Part shown: piece by piece, positions 44,505 to 53,060 of the stretch
Layout of the letters: every line of letters starts with the position of its first letter
Numbering within the stretch: position 1 is the stretch's first letter
Source of the DNA: a virus
Reading direction: 5' to 3' (one strand)
Length of the DNA: 64,000 nt
Virus record (IMG/VR): IMGVR_UViG_3300048849_000076
Span: 1-64,000 of that record
Program-made: the position numbers and the translations under genes
The notes under the pieces: generated by a model
Database searches by the model: none
The model's input: the letters and a program-made list of their open reading frames with translations, nothing else
What the model was told of the DNA's origin: nothing

Positions 44505-44646
44505 GTTCGACACTCTCGCGATGGAGCCAGCTGGTGCCCTCGATCCACACGATAGTGCCGTCGCGAGAGGTGCCCTCGACGACACCAGTCTTCTTCTGGC
44601 CGTAGTGCATGTAGGTGACCTTTGATCCGACCATGATTTGGCTCAT
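44482..44646 (-). CDS. small SH3/KOW-like protein
   Basis: ATG 44646 in an ATGA overlap with the upstream stop. 54 aa. Confidence 0.5.
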   Translation of the reverse strand: MSQIMVGSKVTYMHYGQKKTGVVEGTSRDGTIVWIEGTSWLHRESVELISEAGR

Positions 44647-45440
44647 GGTAGAAGCACCTCCTCCCAAGACACGTCCTCGCTCTCCTCGATCGCGTCTTGC
44701 GCTTCTTGGAGTTCAGTATCGTCAGCCAGTTCGAAATCCCCTTCCGCCAGGCACTCGTTGTAGTAGTCGATCAACTCGACCCGCAGGCTTTCCTCGTTCT
44801 CATGGGTCGAGAACCTGGCGCCGGCTGAGGTGCGGATGTGGCAGACGATGATGGATTTGCTACCCACCGCCGTCGTTTGGGGTGATGGGCCTGGGAGCGG
44901 AGAATGCTTTGGCTTCGCCGCCTGCTTCGCACGGATCTGCTCAACCTTCGTCCAGATGCGGACAAGCTCCGTTTCTGCCGCATCGTGCATGTCGAGATCG
45001 TTGGCGAGGCAGAGCGCGGCGAGCGTGACCATCACGCCGCCGACCTCCTGGTGAGGTTCGCCCACCGCTCGGCCGTAGACATAATCAACGAGCTGGTGAG
45101 CCTCCTGTGCTGTGCAGCCGGTGGACTGGACAAGCTCAAGGGCTTCCTCAAGGAAGCGGTGGTTCCGCTCCTCGCGGTCGCCCGAAATCATCGCGCCGAA
45201 GCAGGCCATCATCCACGGCTGAACGCGGGCCTGAAAAGGCTCCACATGTGACTCGGGTGATGGGGTGGCCGTCGCCTCCGTCAGGTCGATCCTCACGAAG
45301 TCAGCCTCGTCATCTTTGATGACGTCGTAGACGGTGGCTGTCGTGTCGGGTTTTCTGACCAGACGATGTGCCTCGGCTGCAGCTTCCTGATGGGAGTCGG
45401 CTTCGACGTCGATTTCCCAGACTACATGATATCCGGTCAT
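44643..45440 (-). CDS. MazG-like NTP pyrophosphohydrolase domain protein with extra N- and C-terminal regions
   Basis: ERNHRFLEEALELVQS...EVGGVMVTLAALCLANDLD resembles the all-alpha NTP-PPase core. Acidic C-terminal ~70 aa. ATGA overlaps at both ends. Confidence 0.55.
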   Translation of the reverse strand: MTGYHVVWEIDVEADSHQEAAAEAHRLVRKPDTTATVYDVIKDDEADFVRIDLTEATATPSPESHVEPFQARVQPWMMACFGAMISGDREERNHRFLEEALELVQSTGCTAQEAHQLVDYVYGRAVGEPHQEVGGVMVTLAALCLANDLDMHDAAETELVRIWTKVEQIRAKQAAKPKHSPLPGPSPQTTAVGSKSIIVCHIRTSAGARFSTHENEESLRVELIDYYNECLAEGDFELADDTELQEAQDAIEESEDVSWEEVLLP

Positions 45441-45865
45441 GCTTCTTTCCTCGGTGTTATCCATTGGTCAAAGGTCCGCTGTGCGTCCTCGCCTTTGGCT
45501 GGTTTGTCTCGGTGTCTGATGCCGGTGAAGAGGTACGCGAGGCACCAGTCGCAATCCTCTTCGAGGAGGATGAACTTGATGACGTGGCGCGTTGCTGCGA
45601 TCGAGTAGCGCCCTCCCCGCCTCCGGTACGGATGGCTGAAGAGCGACTTCCGGCCCCACTTGAACAGCTCGGCCTCTTCCAGGTTGACATACGGGCTGAT
45701 CGCGACCAGCTCCTCATCGGTGAGGCAGGCGACGTCGATCACGAAGCCACCATGTCCGGAGCAGGAAAAGTAGAAGGCCCCTGGTCGGGTGGTGCGATAG
45801 GAGTGCGTTTCTCCCCTGCCCCAGACCGCTTCCGCGATCGAGCGGGCTTGGCTGTGCGTCAGCAT
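45437..45865 (-). CDS. hypothetical protein
   Basis: ATG 45865 with GGAGAG SD, directly after the terminator. Confidence 0.6.
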   Translation of the reverse strand: MLTHSQARSIAEAVWGRGETHSYRTTRPGAFYFSCSGHGGFVIDVACLTDEELVAISPYVNLEEAELFKWGRKSLFSHPYRRRGGRYSIAATRHVIKFILLEEDCDWCLAYLFTGIRHRDKPAKGEDAQRTFDQWITPRKEA

Positions 45866-45875
45866 AGGTCTCTCC

Positions 45876-45907
45876 AAAACAAAAAAGCCCCGGCGGTTGC
45901 CGAGGCT
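45876..45907 (-). terminator. intrinsic terminator
   Basis: On the minus strand, GCCTCGGC-AACC-GCCGGGGC is followed by TTTTTTGTTTT. Confidence 0.75.
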
Positions 45908-45980
45908 TGTGGAAGGGATTATATTGCTGGAGCAAGGAGGAGGCCTAAGCCCCCTCCCCGCTCTTAGGTTACGAACTGGA

Positions 45981-46016
45981 CCCGCACACTAGCCTGCCAG
46001 CCTGTGCGGGTTTTTC
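45981..46016 (+). terminator. plus-strand intrinsic terminator with no obvious upstream gene
   Basis: CCCGCACA-N14-TGTGCGGG followed by TTTTT. Confidence 0.6.
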
Positions 46017-46229
46017 GTATCGAAAGAGTGATGCTAATGGGTATGAACCACATAGCGTCAACTCCAGTTGGACGGCGAGGCCTTCGCCTGGCCAGGGTGG
46101 CCATCATCCCCGGTATGTCTGGCAGGACACGTCTGCTTCCGCCGCCAATTTGATTCGTTTAGCACATTTTGCGACTCGACTCTGCGTTGTCTCAAGAGTA
46201 GAACGGAACGAGAACAAACGGAGGCAAGG

Positions 46230-46550
46230 ATGTCTAGTGTATTTATGATCATGCCACCCAACGAGCTCAACGACGAGGCCGTCTTGAAGCGAGAGCAGTT
46301 CGAAGCCCACCTCGCAACCGAGTTTCCCGGCTACAAGTTCGAAGTCGTGGATCTGCGTATGCTGCGGCCAGTTGGTCACGGTCAAAAGGTCATGTTTGGC
46401 GACGGCTCGCAGTTCACCGTCATGCCAATGATGGGATCGACCGGTGAGGGCAAGCGCACCTTCGAAATGCCAGACCGCGAGTTGATCGCAGAGATCATGC
46501 GTGCCTGCCACAAGTTCGATTTTCAGAACTCGAAGCGGTACGTGGCCTAG
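46230..46550 (+). CDS. hypothetical protein on the opposite strand
   Basis: ATG 46230 with GGAGG 6 nt upstream. 106 aa. Its stop overlaps the convergent ParG-like stop (CTAG). Confidence 0.6.
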   Translation: MSSVFMIMPPNELNDEAVLKREQFEAHLATEFPGYKFEVVDLRMLRPVGHGQKVMFGDGSQFTVMPMMGSTGEGKRTFEMPDRELIAEIMRACHKFDFQNSKRYVA

Positions 46551-46846
46551 ATCTTCGCCTTCTTCATCAAAGCCTCGAGCCCCTCCCCGTAGGAATAGCC
46601 GTGCTCGTTGCAGAACTCCTTGAAGCGGTTCGTCATCTCGAGCGGGCCGCGGACATAGAGCGTGTCTTGGATTTGGTTCTTCTTCCGGATCTTTTCGACA
46701 CGGACCAGTGGTTCGCGGCTGACGAACCCTGCCCTATCGGCCGCACGGTCGTTGTCGACCACGTCCACCACCGGCTTCGGCTTGAAGTCGCTGAGATCGA
46801 GTTTCTTCTTCGTCGGGGCGCCAAAGCCCAAGTCGTCGTCGCTCAT
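46547..46846 (-). CDS. ParG-like partition/centromere-binding protein (C-terminal RHH)
   Basis: ATGA overlap with the parA stop. C-terminal [34 protein letters not shown] fits an RHH fold. Confidence 0.5.
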   Translation of the reverse strand: MSDDDLGFGAPTKKKLDLSDFKPKPVVDVVDNDRAADRAGFVSREPLVRVEKIRKKNQIQDTLYVRGPLEMTNRFKEFCNEHGYSYGEGLEALMKKAKI

Positions 46847-47508
46847 GCGGCCCTCAATACTTCTGCGATCTCAGCTGTGAGGGTCGCTGCGTTGTCGATT
46901 GCCTGCTGCAGGCCGTTCACTTCCTTCGGGTCCAGCTCGTAGAGGCTGAGCCGTCTCAGGAACATGGCATTGTACGCCTGCCTCATGTGGAGATGGGTAT
47001 TCAGGACCGGCATCTCGTTCTTGAACATCTGTTCCGATATCTGCCGCTCAACCCTCGTGGTGAATGGTGGCGGACTGGTCCGGTTGAAGACCAGGGTAAA
47101 ATTCAGCTTTCGGCCAGTGTCCTCTTCGCTCTCGCGGACAAGGTTCACAGCTCGCGCTGCCTGCTTGGCTTCGAGTGCCGAGCCGCCGAGTGGGATCAGG
47201 GTCAGATCCGATCGCATGATCGCACGGGACGCCATCCGGCTCGCGGTACCTTCGAGGTCGATGAAGACGAAAGAGGATCGAGCCGACTCCTGGGCGATCA
47301 AATCGCGGATGTTGCTCTCGGTCACGTCGCTCACGACGTTCATCTCAAGCTTGCTCTTCCCTCCGCGCCAGTCAGTGATCGGCTTGTTCGGGTCGGCGTC
47401 GATGATGGAGACGCTGGCACCCTCGTGGGCAAGGATCGTGGCCAAAGCCATGATTGTCGTGGACTTCCCTGCCCCACCTTTGGGGTTCGCGGCACAGATG
47501 ACCGGCAT
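46843..47508 (-). CDS. parA: ParA/Soj-family partition ATPase (small, type Ib-like)
   Basis: Deviant Walker [11 protein letters not shown], then IDADPN. 221 aa with no N-terminal HTH. Confidence 0.9.
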   Translation of the reverse strand: MPVICAANPKGGAGKSTTIMALATILAHEGASVSIIDADPNKPITDWRGGKSKLEMNVVSDVTESNIRDLIAQESARSSFVFIDLEGTASRMASRAIMRSDLTLIPLGGSALEAKQAARAVNLVRESEEDTGRKLNFTLVFNRTSPPPFTTRVERQISEQMFKNEMPVLNTHLHMRQAYNAMFLRRLSLYELDPKEVNGLQQAIDNAATLTAEIAEVLRAA

Positions 47509-47517
47509 GATAGCCTC

Positions 47518-47612
47518 CTGATTGATTGCCTTCTGATTGCAGGCTAGCGGGCAAGAGTTAATGCTTCCTGAATGCTAGCTTGCAATCAGACTGATTGCAA
47601 TCAGCTTGCAGG
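47518..47612. repeat. cluster of CTGATTGCA(A/G) boxes upstream of parA (centromere/operator candidate)
   Basis: CTGATTGCA in direct or inverted orientation at 47533, 47581, 47591 and 47596, including the perfect palindrome CTGATTGCAATCAG. GCTAGC palindromes are also present. Confidence 0.7.
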
Positions 47613-47843
47613 CCAGTTCTGCCTGTCACCATAGTTGTTGACCAGCAGCCATTCGGCCTTCGCTGCCTCTTCACGAGTTTTAAAGGTCGGCCGTTGTTCG
47701 AAAGGTCGAGGGTCGCAGACGATGCGCCATTTACGGTCGTCATAGTTCCGACTGACACATCCAACGGCGCCCGATGGATACCGGACGTTGTTGACATACC
47801 AGCCACCGTGACGCCACGGTGAATAGTCGAAGTACTCAGGCAT
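47601..47843 (-). CDS. hypothetical protein
   Basis: 80-aa Trp/Tyr-rich ORF flanked by the two repeat clusters. Confidence 0.6.
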   Translation of the reverse strand: MPEYFDYSPWRHGGWYVNNVRYPSGAVGCVSRNYDDRKWRIVCDPRPFEQRPTFKTREEAAKAEWLLVNNYGDRQNWPAS

Positions 47844-47851
47844 GCTATCTC

Positions 47852-47886
47852 CTAGCTTGCAAGCAGCTTGATTGCAGGGTGATTGC
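47852..47886. repeat. second cluster of the same boxes
   Basis: CTAGCTTGCAA and TGATTGCAGG are repeated exactly from the parA-proximal cluster. GCTTGCAAGC palindrome. Confidence 0.65.
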
Positions 47887-47888
47887 TT

Positions 47889-48284
47889 TCACGCGAACAT
47901 GTATGGCACATGCCCCCTCAACTGCAGTTCAGAGTCTGCCGGAAGACCATGTTTGACCAGGTGGTGGATGCGTTTCGCGGCACCCGCAGGCGTATCGTCG
48001 ATGTAGCTCCAAGCCCCGGCGAAACACCATCTCCACGCATCACCTCGTGACGTCGGCCTCAAGCCGAACACCCGTTCCACGTAGAGGAGCCAGTTGTGAT
48101 CGTTCTCGATCGGAAAGCCTGCTGCTGGTCCATGGCCGGCGGCACAGGCTATGGTTCCGCATTCATGGGCACCGATCAGCAGCGGCTCGCCGTATTCGTC
48201 GATCGCGAAGTCCCTCATGCTGAAGCGGGGAGGGGGGACGCCCTCCAAGTAGTTCGCAAGTATAGCCAAGTTTTCAACGTTCAT
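47889..48284 (-). CDS. hypothetical protein
   Basis: 131-aa ORF. Its start overlaps the upstream stop by 11 nt. Confidence 0.65.
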   Translation of the reverse strand: MNVENLAILANYLEGVPPPRFSMRDFAIDEYGEPLLIGAHECGTIACAAGHGPAAGFPIENDHNWLLYVERVFGLRPTSRGDAWRWCFAGAWSYIDDTPAGAAKRIHHLVKHGLPADSELQLRGHVPYMFA

Positions 48285-48552
48285 TAATGTTCGCCTTTAT
48301 TGCGTCGGTATCCGTCCAGTGGAACTGGAGGGTCTTACCGTTGAGCCAAACGTGAATGGTTTCTCCGACCAGCCAGATTGATGTGCCTGCAAATGCTATC
48401 TGCAGCTGGTAGACCTCGTCGCAGATGCAGGTCTGGATCGGGTCGAGATCCCTATGGTCGATGCGATCGGCGCCAAACTTGATGACGCCGATCTTGCTGA
48501 TGCTAAGCTGCTTGGAGCTGAACACCGAGATTTGCCTCCAGCTCTTCGACAA
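48274..48552 (-). CDS. hypothetical protein
   Basis: 92-aa ORF. The 50-nt overlap with the upstream gene makes the start uncertain. Confidence 0.5.
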   Translation of the reverse strand: MSKSWRQISVFSSKQLSISKIGVIKFGADRIDHRDLDPIQTCICDEVYQLQIAFAGTSIWLVGETIHVWLNGKTLQFHWTDTDAIKANINER

Positions 48553-49390
48553 AGTCCTGAACCGAGAAGCCTGCAGCTTCGATCATTGATGCGGCAAGGT
48601 CAGGGTATTCCCAGCATAGATCCACGAGTGTAGCGTCTCGGCTGACGTGAGCCACCGGCCCCTCGACTGCCATCGGGTCACGCTCGATGACGAGGTTGGA
48701 CCAATCGACCTGGAGGAGGGCCTGGCGGAGAGCGATCAGGAATGTGACGTCCTGTTCCTCTCGGGGAGAGTGGGCGTGGCTGTAGCCGACCGAGATGTTT
48801 GTGCATTCGGGCACGAGGTCAGCGTACTCGGCTGTGTCGGTATAGATGCCATGGCTGCAGGGCTCGAATGTGTCTCCCAGTTCCTTCGACAGAGACCTGG
48901 CGAAAGCGTCCGATGCAGTGCGTTGACCGAACTGATGGGTGATCACGTCCGAGTAGCCAGCCCGATCGAATGCAATGGCCGCATCAATTCCGGCGAAGAA
49001 CAGTGGCTCTTTGGTAGCCTTAGCTCGCGAGCCGATCCCGCCACGCTCTTCACCATAGTGGATGATGTAGACGCCTTCGATCCCCGCCTTGATCATCTCG
49101 AGCATCAGCCAGATGCCAGCGGTATCATCACCACCCAGGCAGCTGGAGCCGCTGGTCTGGGTGAGGATGCCATCCTTCAGAATAAGATCCTGCCTGCCCT
49201 CTTCATCGTGGACGGTGTCCATGTGGCTGGAGAACAAGATCCGAGGTGCCCGCCCGAGGGTCAGGATCAGGTTCTGGTGATCGTCGCGCTTGAAGCCAGC
49301 CGGCATCAGGAATTTGTCGACAAATTCCTGTTCGGTCTTGCTACCCATGGGGCGGCAATAGGAGAAGAGTTCCATGATGTCGTTGATCAT
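48503..49390 (-). CDS. clan MH (M28/M20-like) zinc metallopeptidase
   Basis: SSHMDTVH, GGDDTAGIW and HYGEERGG follow the H-D...D...EE metal-ligand order. Confidence 0.7.
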   Translation of the reverse strand: MINDIMELFSYCRPMGSKTEQEFVDKFLMPAGFKRDDHQNLILTLGRAPRILFSSHMDTVHDEEGRQDLILKDGILTQTSGSSCLGGDDTAGIWLMLEMIKAGIEGVYIIHYGEERGGIGSRAKATKEPLFFAGIDAAIAFDRAGYSDVITHQFGQRTASDAFARSLSKELGDTFEPCSHGIYTDTAEYADLVPECTNISVGYSHAHSPREEQDVTFLIALRQALLQVDWSNLVIERDPMAVEGPVAHVSRDATLVDLCWEYPDLAASMIEAAGFSVQDFVEELEANLGVQLQAA

Positions 49391-50907
49391 TATGCTGCCT
49401 CATGAAGGGGGAGGGGGAGTTGGTTCGGGTCGATCTGTTCGGGATCACCGACAATCAGACCGCGATCGAGGAGCCATTTGTTGAATGACGCCTCGTTCTC
49501 GAAGGTACCCATGTGGATAGAGTTGCCGTTGGTGAGCTTGACCTGGAAATTTATTTCCAGCGTCCATTTCCCAACATGCTCACAGAAGAAGCCATTCTTC
49601 CCTGCGTAGCTGAGGGCTATGCTGTCGCCCTCATAGGTATCGATCTGCGGCGTGTCATCGACGTGGTGCCAGACTTCAGACTGATCGCAATAGAACCAAT
49701 CATCCGAGCTCTCGACGAAGTCCTTCGAGAAGGAGCCTCGTGAGTCACTCTCGTCCGACAGCTCGGCCCGTTCCTCGTCCTTGTAGGACTCATGATAGCC
49801 TTCGCAATAGAAGTAGTTGTTGCCGTAGCAGTGGTCGCAGACATCCCGATCGCAGCTCGAGATGTAGTTGCGTTCGTCTTCGTCCATGGATGCATTACAG
49901 TCGTCGCAGTTATACTGTGGTTCCTGCGTGCTGAGCCCATTGGTGTTTGAAGTTTCGAGCTCGCCACCACGACCAATCACGATGTAATCACCCATGTCAT
50001 CAGCGGAGTCTGCGATGTCTAGGTAGGGCATGACGAGCTTGTCGTAATACTCAATGCGCTGCAGTCGGGCACCAGAGAACGAGCCCCTGGTGTAACCCAT
50101 CTCCTCGAGTGCAGCTCGTAGCCTCGACGTATCACCATATGGTGTCGCGTAGATCTTACGCTCTGGCCAAACAACCGCTCGGGCCGAGGGGTCGTCCGTC
50201 TTACCCAGATATGCCACGCCAAGATCCGGTCCAGCATAGACGCGGGAAGGGTGAGGTGAGGAGTAGCGGCCAGCCATGCAGGAGCTGGGTCCGTTCACAT
50301 AGATGTCCTCGATCTCGTCGGCATCCTGCGTGATCTTCGCCTTCGACAAGTCATATTCGTTCGACCAGTCCAGTGCGAGCTCGTGGATCTGAGTCTCAGT
50401 GAGGACGTCCGAGAAGAACTTCGTCAGGAAGCGCCCGGGTTTAATGGGTGTCCGAATGTTCCGCGCCCGCTTCTCAGCATTCTGGAAGTACGCGATGAGA
50501 CCTGGCTGAGTTTCTGATGGACGCGGCAGCAGCTCGGCCCAGCGTAACATGTTCTCGTTGAACCACGGTTTGCCCACCCATGGGTTGTTCTCCAAGGACG
50601 CCCGAACCTCATCGTAGAAGAAATCGTAGGCATCGAGCTTACCGCCAGTTCGGAAGATGTGGACATGCTGGCAGTAGCTGTAGAAGTGCGTCAGCTCCTT
50701 GAGGCTCAAGAGGAGTGCTCGGTCAGCTATCACACGGCCTTCGCTCGTCAACAATAACATGTTGAAGTAGACGTTGGTGGTGCCAGCAAGAGGCAGCGGG
50801 TCGAGCCCTTTAGTATTCGCGGTTGAGGTGATGAGATCCGACCAGCGGGTAATATCAGCAGGCAGCACGAAGCCACCCGCCGGTTTCACGGCGGTTGCAA
50901 CAACCAT
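49390..50907 (-). CDS. large hypothetical protein with Cys/acidic-rich segment
   Basis: 505 aa. YNCDDCNASMDEDERNYISSCDRDVCDHCYGNNYFYCEGYH cluster. No family recognised. Confidence 0.7.
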   Translation of the reverse strand: MVVATAVKPAGGFVLPADITRWSDLITSTANTKGLDPLPLAGTTNVYFNMLLLTSEGRVIADRALLLSLKELTHFYSYCQHVHIFRTGGKLDAYDFFYDEVRASLENNPWVGKPWFNENMLRWAELLPRPSETQPGLIAYFQNAEKRARNIRTPIKPGRFLTKFFSDVLTETQIHELALDWSNEYDLSKAKITQDADEIEDIYVNGPSSCMAGRYSSPHPSRVYAGPDLGVAYLGKTDDPSARAVVWPERKIYATPYGDTSRLRAALEEMGYTRGSFSGARLQRIEYYDKLVMPYLDIADSADDMGDYIVIGRGGELETSNTNGLSTQEPQYNCDDCNASMDEDERNYISSCDRDVCDHCYGNNYFYCEGYHESYKDEERAELSDESDSRGSFSKDFVESSDDWFYCDQSEVWHHVDDTPQIDTYEGDSIALSYAGKNGFFCEHVGKWTLEINFQVKLTNGNSIHMGTFENEASFNKWLLDRGLIVGDPEQIDPNQLPLPLHEAA

Positions 50908-50923
50908 AGTGGTGCGTCCTTGG

Positions 50924-51244
50924 TTAGAAGAGGGTGAGTTGGTAGACCGCCTGGAAATGTTGGCGCATCTGCTCGACGTCTTCGTCCCGCCGATATGGCG
51001 TGGACACGATGACGAAGGAGGGTGTCAGAACCTCGATATCGACGAGGTCCGGATACATTCCGGCGGTCATGTAGACGGCCGGCATGTTTGTCTTAGTCCG
51101 GAAGTTGATGATGACCTCGGGGCGCCCGTTGCGGACACGGTACGAAATCATCTTGGTGTTGAAGAGGGATTGCTGACGGTGAGTGTGGGCAATCAGTTCC
51201 GGATCTGGGTTGCCAAAGACCGTGCCATCACTCGTGATCTGCAT
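50924..51244 (-). CDS. hypothetical protein
   Basis: 106-aa ORF in the operon. Confidence 0.6.
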   Translation of the reverse strand: MQITSDGTVFGNPDPELIAHTHRQQSLFNTKMISYRVRNGRPEVIINFRTKTNMPAVYMTAGMYPDLVDIEVLTPSFVIVSTPYRRDEDVEQMRQHFQAVYQLTLF

Positions 51245-51307
51245 CTGGGATCAGATCATCGATTTCGAAGTCGTCGAACTCGGGGTCGACTATGGTTCGT
51301 TCTTCCA

Positions 51308-51565
51308 TCAGATCCTCACATTGAGGATCGTGTCGAGCCGATCGAGGTTCATGGCATCCTGATCGGGCGTGTAACAGCCTCGATCGTAGGCACCCATGAC
51401 CCAGTGTGGGATGCTGGTGCCCAGTGGTGGTGTGCCCTTGATTTGCCCGCCGATCCCGCGGCTGTGATCCATGAACAGGGTCGAGTTCTGGTTCTCGAGA
51501 ACGAGCACCGTGATGACCTGGCCGAGCGCTGTGTAGAGCCGGCCGGTGTTAAACGTGATCTTCAT
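51308..51565 (-). CDS. hypothetical protein
   Basis: 85-aa ORF. ATGA overlap with the upstream stop. Confidence 0.6.
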   Translation of the reverse strand: MKITFNTGRLYTALGQVITVLVLENQNSTLFMDHSRGIGGQIKGTPPLGTSIPHWVMGAYDRGCYTPDQDAMNLDRLDTILNVRI

Positions 51566-51732
51566 GGTGAAACATCTTCTCCTGTTTGGTCAGAGATCTT
51601 GGTCAAGATCACGTCGAGTTCTGCGGCCTCCGCATTTTGCTCATCTGAGCCACCCGCGTCGTTCTGATCTCGGACGTTGAGGATGCAGCCGATGACCAAG
51701 CGGATTTCACGTTCAGTCAGAATGATCTTCAT
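51562..51732 (-). CDS. hypothetical protein
   Basis: ATG 51732 in an ATGA overlap with the upstream stop. 56 aa. Confidence 0.5.
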   Translation of the reverse strand: MKIILTEREIRLVIGCILNVRDQNDAGGSDEQNAEAAELDVILTKISDQTGEDVSP

Positions 51733-52100
51733 CGGCTGGTAAATCCTGTGATGTTGACCCGTTCCTGGGTCAGTTCGAAGAGATAACCAAAGTGGCCGCG
51801 GCACTTGCCAACCCAAGTCTCGAATTTGGCCTTGTTCTCGGGCTTCTCGAGAGCGCCATGGAGTGTCAGCATCATCTGCGCCGACACCTTGTCGATCAGC
51901 AGAGGTTGGAAGTCCTTGTGGTCGCCGTTGAACTCGAAGCTGCCGGTGGATTTGAACCGGCCTTCGTCGCCCCAGACGAACGAGGTTGCGTTGCCCTCGG
52001 CCACCTTCTGAAGTGCTTCGAAGCTGGCGAGCGTGACGTTCTTCCAAGTGCCACCCTTTGCGATGTCCCCGTCGAAATCAGCATCGTTGATCTGGGTCAT
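51729..52100 (-). CDS. hypothetical protein
   Basis: 123 aa. ATGA overlap with the upstream stop. Confidence 0.65.
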   Translation of the reverse strand: MTQINDADFDGDIAKGGTWKNVTLASFEALQKVAEGNATSFVWGDEGRFKSTGSFEFNGDHKDFQPLLIDKVSAQMMLTLHGALEKPENKAKFETWVGKCRGHFGYLFELTQERVNITGFTSR

Positions 52101-52357
52101 GTGGCCTCCGGATCGTAAACCTGGACCGTGCTGAGGACGATCTTGTCGTCTTCCGGTCCAATGATGGATGCTGACAGGTTGCCGGTGCGGAACCTGATAA
52201 TGTCGTTAGAAAGTTCGGCCGCGACGTCATCGATCACGGCTCCGATGCGGACTCGCTTTTCGTCATCGTCGAGGGCATCCCATTCCTCCTGATCAATCCA
52301 GAAGGCGACCCCTGCGGTGACGTCGACGTCGATTGAGATTTCAATTTGATGGGACAA
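52097..52357 (-). CDS. hypothetical acidic protein
   Basis: 86-aa ORF in the operon. Confidence 0.6.
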   Translation of the reverse strand: MSHQIEISIDVDVTAGVAFWIDQEEWDALDDDEKRVRIGAVIDDVAAELSNDIIRFRTGNLSASIIGPEDDKIVLSTVQVYDPEAT

Positions 52358-52658
52358 GGCTCTCCTCCCGAATGTGGATCAGCATCACGCCTGGGGAGAC
52401 GGTGCAGTCCGTGTAGCCGCAGAAGAAGCGATCACCGACCTTGAGGAAGGTCGCAGCGATGTTATCGGTGAGCCTCTCGATCATGCGGAAGCCGCCGACG
52501 CAGTAGGCGGGAGGGAGCATTTCGAGGAACTCGTCGTAGATCGCTTCGTCGATCTGCCACCAATTGCCGAGCGCCTGGACGGGCGTCTGGTACTGGTTCA
52601 GGTTCGCGAAGTGCTGGCTGCGATTGCCAGCTGCTGATTTGAGCTGCTGCATGATCAA
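52341..52658 (-). CDS. hypothetical protein
   Basis: 105 aa. ATGA overlap with the upstream stop. Confidence 0.6.
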   Translation of the reverse strand: MIMQQLKSAAGNRSQHFANLNQYQTPVQALGNWWQIDEAIYDEFLEMLPPAYCVGGFRMIERLTDNIAATFLKVGDRFFCGYTDCTVSPGVMLIHIREESLVPSN

Positions 52659-52891
52659 CCCCTTGCGCCATTGATCACGAGATCCCGGCAGTCGTGGACC
52701 AGCTTCACCGCAGCGGAGAATTGCTCGGCCGACATTGGCAAGCGCGTCCCGTTCAGGATGATAACCGGCTCAGGTGTGTCACCGCAGATGGCGAGCTGCT
52801 GGCTGATCGGGTCAGGTGAGGGGCTCGGGGGCGAGAACTCGATACAGGCGCAGGCGATGATGCCGGTTCGGATGAGTGAGGTCTTGTTCAC
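52655..52891 (-). CDS. hypothetical protein (start uncertain)
   Basis: The track ORF begins at TTG 53002. GTG 52891 is a more conservative start. Confidence 0.4.
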   Translation of the reverse strand: MNKTSLIRTGIIACACIEFSPPSPSPDPISQQLAICGDTPEPVIILNGTRLPMSAEQFSAAVKLVHDCRDLVINGARG

Positions 52892-53060
52892 GATGCAGCT
52901 TTCTTTTGCTGAGCGTCGAGGGCTCGGTTGATCTTGAGCTGGCGCTCCACTTCCATGGGCGACATCACGCCCCAGAACCGAGCTGCCATCGGTGAGCCGC
53001 AAGGTCCGGTGTACTGAGCGTCAGTTCGCGGACCCTGCGAGGTTTGGGTGATGACGACCT

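Noticed and set aside
43971-44585. Full 204-aa minus-strand ORF
   Set aside because: The N-terminal two-thirds is Ala/Ser/Arg-rich and overlaps the better-supported plus-strand zinc-ribbon ORF. Only the last 68 codons (from ATG 44177) were kept.
53002-53016. Ninth copy of the 15-bp motif
   Set aside because: Only the right half (GTGTACTG) matches. The left half (GGTCCG) does not.
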